From Prasinococcaceae sp. CCMP 1430 (taxonomy: Eukaryota; Plantae; Prasinodermophyta), in contig RQSC01000286.1 of NCBI GenBank assembly GCA_013416795.1, forward strand, positions 1-11,742: 11,742 nucleotides of DNA, given 5' to 3'. The position numbers were made by a program, and so were the translations under genes. This document shows positions 6,592 through 11,742 of this stretch, piece after piece. The notes below the pieces were generated by a model that had not been told where the DNA came from, did no database searches, and saw only the letters and a program-made list of their open reading frames with translations. The stretch's first letter is position 1, and each line of letters begins with the position of its first letter.

Positions 6592-9500
6592 CCCGCCGGC
6601 GCGCGCCGCGGCCGCGCCGCTGCCAAGCGCGGCGCGCGCCGCGTGGTTCTGGACTCGGACGACGAGTTCGACTCCGGGGACTCCGAGTCCGACGCCGAGG
6701 TCTCGGACGACGAGAGCGACTGGGATGCCAACGTCGACGGCGCGAGCGACGACGATGACGTGTCGATGGACGAGGAGGACGACAGCGAGAGCGACGACGA
6801 CCCCAGCGAGAGCGACGCGCCGTCGCCACCGCCGAAGAAGAAGGGCAAGGCGCCCGCCAAGAAGGCCGCGGCGTCCAGGGCCAGGCCACCCGCTGTGTCG
6901 GCGGTGTCGCGCACGCCGGCGCCCGCGATGCCCGCGCCAGGCCGCCTCAGCGGCGGCTTCTCGCCGCTCGGCGGCGCGGGGTCGCCGTCGGCCGGTGCGG
7001 GAGCGAGCTCCTTCACGTCGGACGCCGCGCTCGGCGGCGACGCCGTGCGCTTCGCGGGCCGCTACGACAGCCCCGAGTTCTCCTTCCTGCGTAACCCGCG
7101 CGACGCCAACCGGGTCGCGAAGGGCGAGCCGGGCTACGACCCCACGACCATCTACGTGCCGCCGAGCTTCCTCGAGAAGCAGACGCCCTCCATGCGCCAG
7201 TGGTGGGAGTTCAAGAGCAAGTGCTTCGACGCGGTGATGCTGTTCAAGATGGGAAAATTCTACGAGCTCTTCGAGATGGACGCGCACCTGGGTCACTCCG
7301 AGGTGGGCCTCCTGTACATGGGCAAGGACGAAAAGCCGCACACGGGCTTTCCCGAGAAGAACTACGCGCGAATCGCCGAAGCGCTCGCTCGCAAGGGCCA
7401 CCGCGTGCTTGTGATCGAGCAGGTGGAAACGCCGGCGATGCTCGAGGCGCGCAACAAGCTGAAGAAGAAGGGGCAGCCCAAGGAGAAAGTCGTGCGGCGC
7501 GAGAAGTGCGCGCTGCTGTCAGCCGGCACCATCGTAGACCCCGAGATGCTGCAGGCGACGCCCGACGCTGCGTACCTGCTGGTGCTCAGTGAGGGCGAGC
7601 CGAGCACGTCGCCCGACGGAGGCGACGAGTTGGTCTTCGGCGCGTGCGCCGTTGACGCGGCCTCCGCAGTGGTGCGCTGCACGCAGTGGCGCGACGACGC
7701 CTCGGCCAGCGGCCTCCGCGCGCTGCTCGCCGAGCTGCGCCCGGCCGAGGTGCTGCGCGCCCGCGCCGGCGCCGCGGGCGCGCTGGGCGAGGCCGCGATG
7801 CGCGCCATCCGCGCGTGCTGCAGGCCCATGCCCAAAATCGGAGAGCTCGAGCCCAGCTCGCAGCTGTGGGGGGCTGAGCGCACAATCAGAGAGCTCAAGG
7901 ATGGTGGCTGTGTCAAGGACATGCCGGCCGTCGTCCAAGCGCTCGCGGACGCGGGAGCCGACGGCGAGCTGGGGCTGTCCACGCTGGGTGGTGCGATCTG
8001 GTACCTCCGGCAAGCGCTGCTCGACAAGGAGGTGCTCTCGGCGGCCCACTTTGGCCCGCTGGACGTGAACGCCGAAGGGTGCGCCGTGCGTGCGGACGAG
8101 CTCGCCAGGGCCGCTCCGTCGGCGCCCACTGCGGATGCTAGCGTCGATGCCGCGGCGGAGGAGGTGATCGCGCCCCACATGGAGATGGACGGCGCCGCGC
8201 TCGCAAACCTCGAGGTGCTGGCCAACACTCGCGACGGCGGCGTCTCAGGCACGCTCCTCGCCCTGGTCGACCGCTGCACGACCGCGCCGGGCCGCCGCCT
8301 GCTGCGCCGCTGGCTGTGCCGCCCGCTGGCGTGCCCCGCGTCAATCAAGCGACGCCAGGACGCCGTTGCCGCTCTCAAGCAGGGCGGCGCGCTCGCGGAC
8401 GCCGCGCTGGCGGCACGCGAGGAGCTGCGCCGGATCCCCGATCTGGAGCGCGCGGTCGGCCGCCTGGCGTCGCAAGCGTCGGGCCAGGGACGCACGGGGT
8501 CGAGCGTCGTGCTGTACGAGGACGCGGCGAGGAGCAAGCTGAACGCGCTGCTCGGAGCGCTTCGCGGCTTCAGGGCGCTCGGTATGCTGCCTGCGGCATT
8601 CGCCCGCGCGGCCGAGGCCTCCGAGGCGGCGCGTACCGCGGCGGCGCAGCTGCCCCTGCGCCAGCTGAACGCCGTCGGCCCTCTCATCGCTGAGCTCGAG
8701 GACGCCTTCGACTGGGACGAGGCCGAGCAGGCCGGGCGCATTGTGCCCGCGCCGGGCGCGGACTCCGAGTACGACGGTGCGTGCGAGGAAGCGGAGGCCA
8801 TCGAGCAGCAGCTAGACGAGGAGCTGGGCAGCCTTCGCGGCATGCTGGGCGCCACCGCCGCCGAGGTGAAGTGGATATCCCAGCAAAAAGAGACACACCA
8901 GCTCGAGGTTCCGGACAGGCTCGTCAAGAAGGTCCCGGCTGACTGGGAAATCAGCAGCCAGCGAAAGGGCTTCAGGCGCTACCTCACGCCGGAGGTGAAG
9001 ACGCTGCGCACCGAGCTGCAGCGCGCGCACGAGCGCAAGGAGGCGGCTTTGACGGGGGCGCTCACGCGGGTATGCGAGCGCGCGGCTGCGGGCATCCCCG
9101 TGCTTCGCCCGGCCGCCGACGCTGCCGCGCGCCTGGACGCGCTGCTGAGCCTGGCGGCTGCGAGCGAGCTGATGTCGCTCTCGGGCGCATCGTGCCGGCC
9201 GGTCGTGCGCGCCGAGGACGCGGATGAGGGCCCCGTGCTGCGCGCGACGCGCGCGCGCCATCCGGGGGCCGCCGACAACTTCGTGCCCAACGACATCGCC
9301 CTTGGCGGAAGCGACGCGGAGCGCGCGCTGCTGCTGACGGGGCCCAACATGGGCGGCAAGAGCACGCTGATGCGGACCGCCTGCCTGGCCGCCGTGCTTG
9401 CGCAGGTCGGCTGCGACGTGCCGGCGGAGGCGTGCGAGCTGACGCCGGCCGACCGCGTGTTCGTTCGCATGGGCGCGAACGACTCCCTGGTGGGGGGCGA

Positions 9501-10053
9501 ATCGACCTTCATGGTTGAGCTGTCCGAGGCGTCCGCCGTGCTTCGCCGTGCCACCAAGTCGTCGCTGGTGGCGCTGGACGAGCTGGGTCGCGGCACGTCG
9601 ACCGCCGACGGCGCCGCCATCGCTGGCGCGGTGCTGCAGTACCTGGCCGAGCGCTCGTCGTGCCGCACGCTGTTCTCCACCCACTACCACATGCTGAGCA
9701 CTTCCAATGAGGGCGCCTCAGGCGTGGCGCTCGGGCACATGTCCGCCGCGATAGAGACTGACGAGAACGGCGACGAGCAGGTGACTTTCCTGTACACGCT
9801 GGCGCCAGGCGCGTGCCCGAAGAGCTACGGTGTGAACGTCGCCCGGCTCGCCGGGCTGCCGGAGAGCGTGCTCGCGGTGGCCAAGCAGGCGAGCCGGCGC
9901 TTCGAGGCGGCGCGCGGGCGCACTGGCAAGGGCGCCGCCATTGCCGCCGCGCGCAACGCGAGCCGCGTCGTTCGCACCGAGGGCGGCGCGGACGCCACCG
10001 CGATCAGGGCGGCGTGGGCCGACGCCAGGGCCTCGATGCTAGCGGCGCAGTGA
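6592..10053 (+). CDS. MSH6: DNA mismatch repair protein MSH6 (MutS-alpha subunit); 5'-partial, frame runs into the gap
   Basis: Mismatch-binding LFKMGKFYELFEMDAH (GKFYE 7252-7266), plus GFPEKN, VLVIEQVETP, Walker A GPNMGGKS (9340-9363), STFMVEL, Walker B DELGRGTST, FSTHYH and the HTH SYGVNVARLAGLP. The frame is open from 6592 (PAGARRGRAAAKRGARRVVLDSDDE), so the listed GTG at 6643 is not the real start. Confidence 0.95.
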   Translation, partial: PAGARRGRAAAKRGARRVVLDSDDEFDSGDSESDAEVSDDESDWDANVDGASDDDDVSMDEEDDSESDDDPSESDAPSPPPKKKGKAPAKKAAASRARPPAVSAVSRTPAPAMPAPGRLSGGFSPLGGAGSPSAGAGASSFTSDAALGGDAVRFAGRYDSPEFSFLRNPRDANRVAKGEPGYDPTTIYVPPSFLEKQTPSMRQWWEFKSKCFDAVMLFKMGKFYELFEMDAHLGHSEVGLLYMGKDEKPHTGFPEKNYARIAEALARKGHRVLVIEQVETPAMLEARNKLKKKGQPKEKVVRREKCALLSAGTIVDPEMLQATPDAAYLLVLSEGEPSTSPDGGDELVFGACAVDAASAVVRCTQWRDDASASGLRALLAELRPAEVLRARAGAAGALGEAAMRAIRACCRPMPKIGELEPSSQLWGAERTIRELKDGGCVKDMPAVVQALADAGADGELGLSTLGGAIWYLRQALLDKEVLSAAHFGPLDVNAEGCAVRADELARAAPSAPTADASVDAAAEEVIAPHMEMDGAALANLEVLANTRDGGVSGTLLALVDRCTTAPGRRLLRRWLCRPLACPASIKRRQDAVAALKQGGALADAALAAREELRRIPDLERAVGRLASQASGQGRTGSSVVLYEDAARSKLNALLGALRGFRALGMLPAAFARAAEASEAARTAAAQLPLRQLNAVGPLIAELEDAFDWDEAEQAGRIVPAPGADSEYDGACEEAEAIEQQLDEELGSLRGMLGATAAEVKWISQQKETHQLEVPDRLVKKVPADWEISSQRKGFRRYLTPEVKTLRTELQRAHERKEAALTGALTRVCERAAAGIPVLRPAADAAARLDALLSLAAASELMSLSGASCRPVVRAEDADEGPVLRATRARHPGAADNFVPNDIALGGSDAERALLLTGPNMGGKSTLMRTACLAAVLAQVGCDVPAEACELTPADRVFVRMGANDSLVGGESTFMVELSEASAVLRRATKSSLVALDELGRGTSTADGAAIAGAVLQYLAERSSCRTLFSTHYHMLSTSNEGASGVALGHMSAAIETDENGDEQVTFLYTLAPGACPKSYGVNVARLAGLPESVLAVAKQASRRFEAARGRTGKGAAIAAARNASRVVRTEGGADATAIRAAWADARASMLAAQ

Positions 10054-10190
10054 GCGGCCAGGGTACAAACAATCAAACGCCGCCGCGGCGGGCGCTCACG
10101 ATGTATACACAAACAAAAGAATAAGGCTTGGCTCTCGCGTCCGTCGCGTTGCCGCGCGCGAGGCGTGGGCGCGGGGCGCCGCGATATCCG

Positions 10191-10570
10191 TCAGATGGAG
10201 CCGTCCTTTCGCCGCACGATGTGCGCCCCGCCGGAGAGGGCGCCAAGCAAGCCCCAGATGCCCCCCTTCTCCTGCGCCCCTGCCATCTTCCCGCCCGACG
10301 CGAGCTCCTCCAGCTCGCCCGCCTCGAGCGCGCCGGCGTCTCCGTCGCTGCTCGTGAGGATGAGGTCGGCGAACGCCGCGTCTGCCTGCTCCTCCGCCGA
10401 CAGGCCGAGGCCGGCGCCCGGCGACACCCCCGCGTCCACGCACTCCTTGGCCTTCTGCAGCGACTCCGCGAGCCGCTCCGCGCCCTTGGCGCCCTCCGCG
10501 CCCGCGCAGCCGCGGCGCACCCGCACACCACCTTGGCGAACGGCGTCGAGACACTTCCGCCTCGCCGCTC
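10191..10570 (-). CDS. Small hypothetical protein (3' exon); true start unresolved
   Basis: Strong GC3 codon bias over AERLAESLQKAKECVDAGVSPGAGLGLSAEEQADAAFADLI...KGGIWGLLGALSGGAHIVRRKDGSI*. There is no in-frame ATG between the in-frame TGA at 10602-10604 and this segment. Candidate acceptor GCGCAG| at 10571. Confidence 0.65.
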
Positions 10571-10700
10571 CTGCGCACCCGCGTTCGTCGCATGCCTCGC
10601 CTCATCCGACCCCTTCCCCCATGGGCGACGCATTTCGATGTCACATCAAATCCCACTCTCCACCACGCGTGGAGCCCCTTGATTTTTGCACTGCCGGTGA

Positions 10701-10715
10701 CCCGCCCACCCACCC
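10701..10715 (-). other. G-quadruplex-forming motif
   Basis: Minus strand reads GGG-T-GGG-T-GGG-C-GGG. Confidence 0.5.
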
Positions 10716-11612
10716 GCGCTCCGACCGACCGATTCGACCGAAGTTCGATCAATCATCAACCGACCGGCCGCGCTCGCGCGAACGGCCCGCCCCCCCGGCA
10801 CGGATGGGAAACGTCCCGCCTCGCGCCGCCCGCGCGCGCGATCCGCTTCGCGGGCTCACCCAGAAATTGATCGGAGATGGGAAGGTGAGGTCGCTCCCTC
10901 TGGCCGGCTGGCTGGCGGATGGTGCGCTGCGGTCGCGGCGGCATGCTTTCGCGTTTTCGCGCTCCGTCGTTTCGGGTTCGGGGCGGGGGGCCGCACCCCG
11001 GCGCGCAACCGATCCGCGCGCCGGCCGCGCCGAGTTTCGCCGCGCGCGCGCCGGAAAATATCCGGCGTGCATGCGTGCTCAGGAAGCAGGAACAAGGGAA
11101 GGAAGAATCGGAGAATCAGCGCCGATCGACCCAGAGGCTCGCCACCCGCCCGCGGTGCCTTTTTGTGTTACCCCCTTTGTTAGTTTGATACCATCCGGAT
11201 CATACCAGGTAGGTAGTTCCTTTAATTTGTTTGTCTGTGTGGGTTGTTTCCGCACGAATCCCCGACAAAAATCAATCCGTACGAAGGGCGGTCCGGGACT
11301 CCGGCCGGCCGGGGAAAAAAAAAAAACACATCCGGCCGGGCGCCGAATCCAAACGAACAGACGGGCGGGAGTGGGCCTGGCCAGCCGACCGAAGACGCCC
11401 ATCTCTATCAGTCGGTCGGTTGTGCGTTGGTTGTGGTGGAGTTCCTTGTCCGTTGCGGCGCAACTGTCTGCCTGTACGCCGAAGAAATGCGTCGATGCAG
11501 ACCAACCAACAACTCAATCCAACCATACGGGAACGCCGCTCGGAATCATGGAGGCGAAGAAAAAACCGCGTCGGCACATTCATTCATTCACGAGTCCTTC
11601 TTACTGTATGAG

Positions 11613-11647
11613 TCCTTCCTTCTTTTTCCTTTTTCCTTTTTTTTTTT
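11613..11647 (+). repeat. Polypyrimidine / T-rich low-complexity tract
   Basis: A continuous C/T run ending in a long T homopolymer, within otherwise GC-rich DNA. Confidence 0.8.
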
Positions 11648-11657
11648 GGCCGTATTT

Positions 11658-11685
11658 GCGCGCGGATTTCGTGAAATCCGCGCGC
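11658..11685. repeat. Perfect 13-bp inverted repeat with 2-nt spacer
   Basis: GCGCGCGGATTTC-GT-GAAATCCGCGCGC. Confidence 0.9.
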
Positions 11686-11742
11686 TGTCGTCCGCCGGCC
11701 GCCCACAGCGCGCGCGCGCGGCGCGCGCAGCAGCGCCCGCCG

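Noticed and set aside
42-9690. Many long alternative-frame and antisense ORFs (e.g. 1097-2209 -, 2169-3014 +, 5599-7401 -, 7362-8927 -, 8812-9690 -)
   Set aside because: They are Arg/Ala/Pro-rich shadows of GC3-biased real genes with no recognisable motifs. Those crossing 6326-6590 are open only because of the Ns.
6592-10053. Alternative call as MSH7, MSH3 or bacterial MutS
   Set aside because: KMGKFYELFEMDAH, VLVIEQVETP, the acidic/basic N-terminal extension and the retained clamp region (RKGFRRYLTP) fit MSH6.
11198-11208. GATCATACCAG matches the 5' part of plant-type 5S rRNA
   Set aside because: Only 11 nt match and the flanks do not follow 5S.
11189-11213. ACCATCCGGATCATACCAGGTAGG resembles the 3' half of a TPP riboswitch
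   Set aside because: No CUGAG pyrimidine-sensor motif upstream, the CG before UAGG is missing, and the stem has a mismatch. The sequence is better explained as a splice donor.
11079-11402. Minus-strand ORF ending ELPTWYDPDGIKLTKGVTQKGTAGGWRASG...
   Set aside because: It looks protein-like locally, but codon usage is unlike the real genes (many A/T third positions), it crosses a T12 run, and I recognise no family.
1-11742. Prokaryotic origin, operon, CRISPR array or transposase
   Set aside because: MSH6, the nardilysin-like peptidase, the plant-type APR C-domain and the spliceosomal intron indicate a eukaryotic nucleus. I saw no repeat-spacer array, integrase, RT or transposase motifs.

Overview
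A compact, very GC-rich eukaryotic nuclear window, most consistent with a prasinophyte-grade green alga (inferred from plant-like MSH6, nardilysin-like and APR C-domain sequences, near-intronless genes and a GTGCG...CTGAC...CAG intron). It holds five protein genes. (1) A 5'-partial FeS-less APS reductase (APR-B/CysH type) fused to a plant-APR-like CxxC thioredoxin domain. (2) A Rid1-like YjgF/RidA-family protein. (3) A minus-strand nardilysin-like M16A peptidase with a hidden in-frame 120-nt intron. (4) MSH6, whose start is lost in a 265-nt N gap. (5) A small unknown minus-strand protein with an unresolved 5' end. The last ~1.1 kb is not assignable to a known gene and carries splice-like signals, AT-rich tracts and a perfect 13-bp inverted repeat. 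I see no CRISPR array, mobile element or canonical RNA gene. The genes are mostly housekeeping; the most unusual feature is the APR domain architecture.
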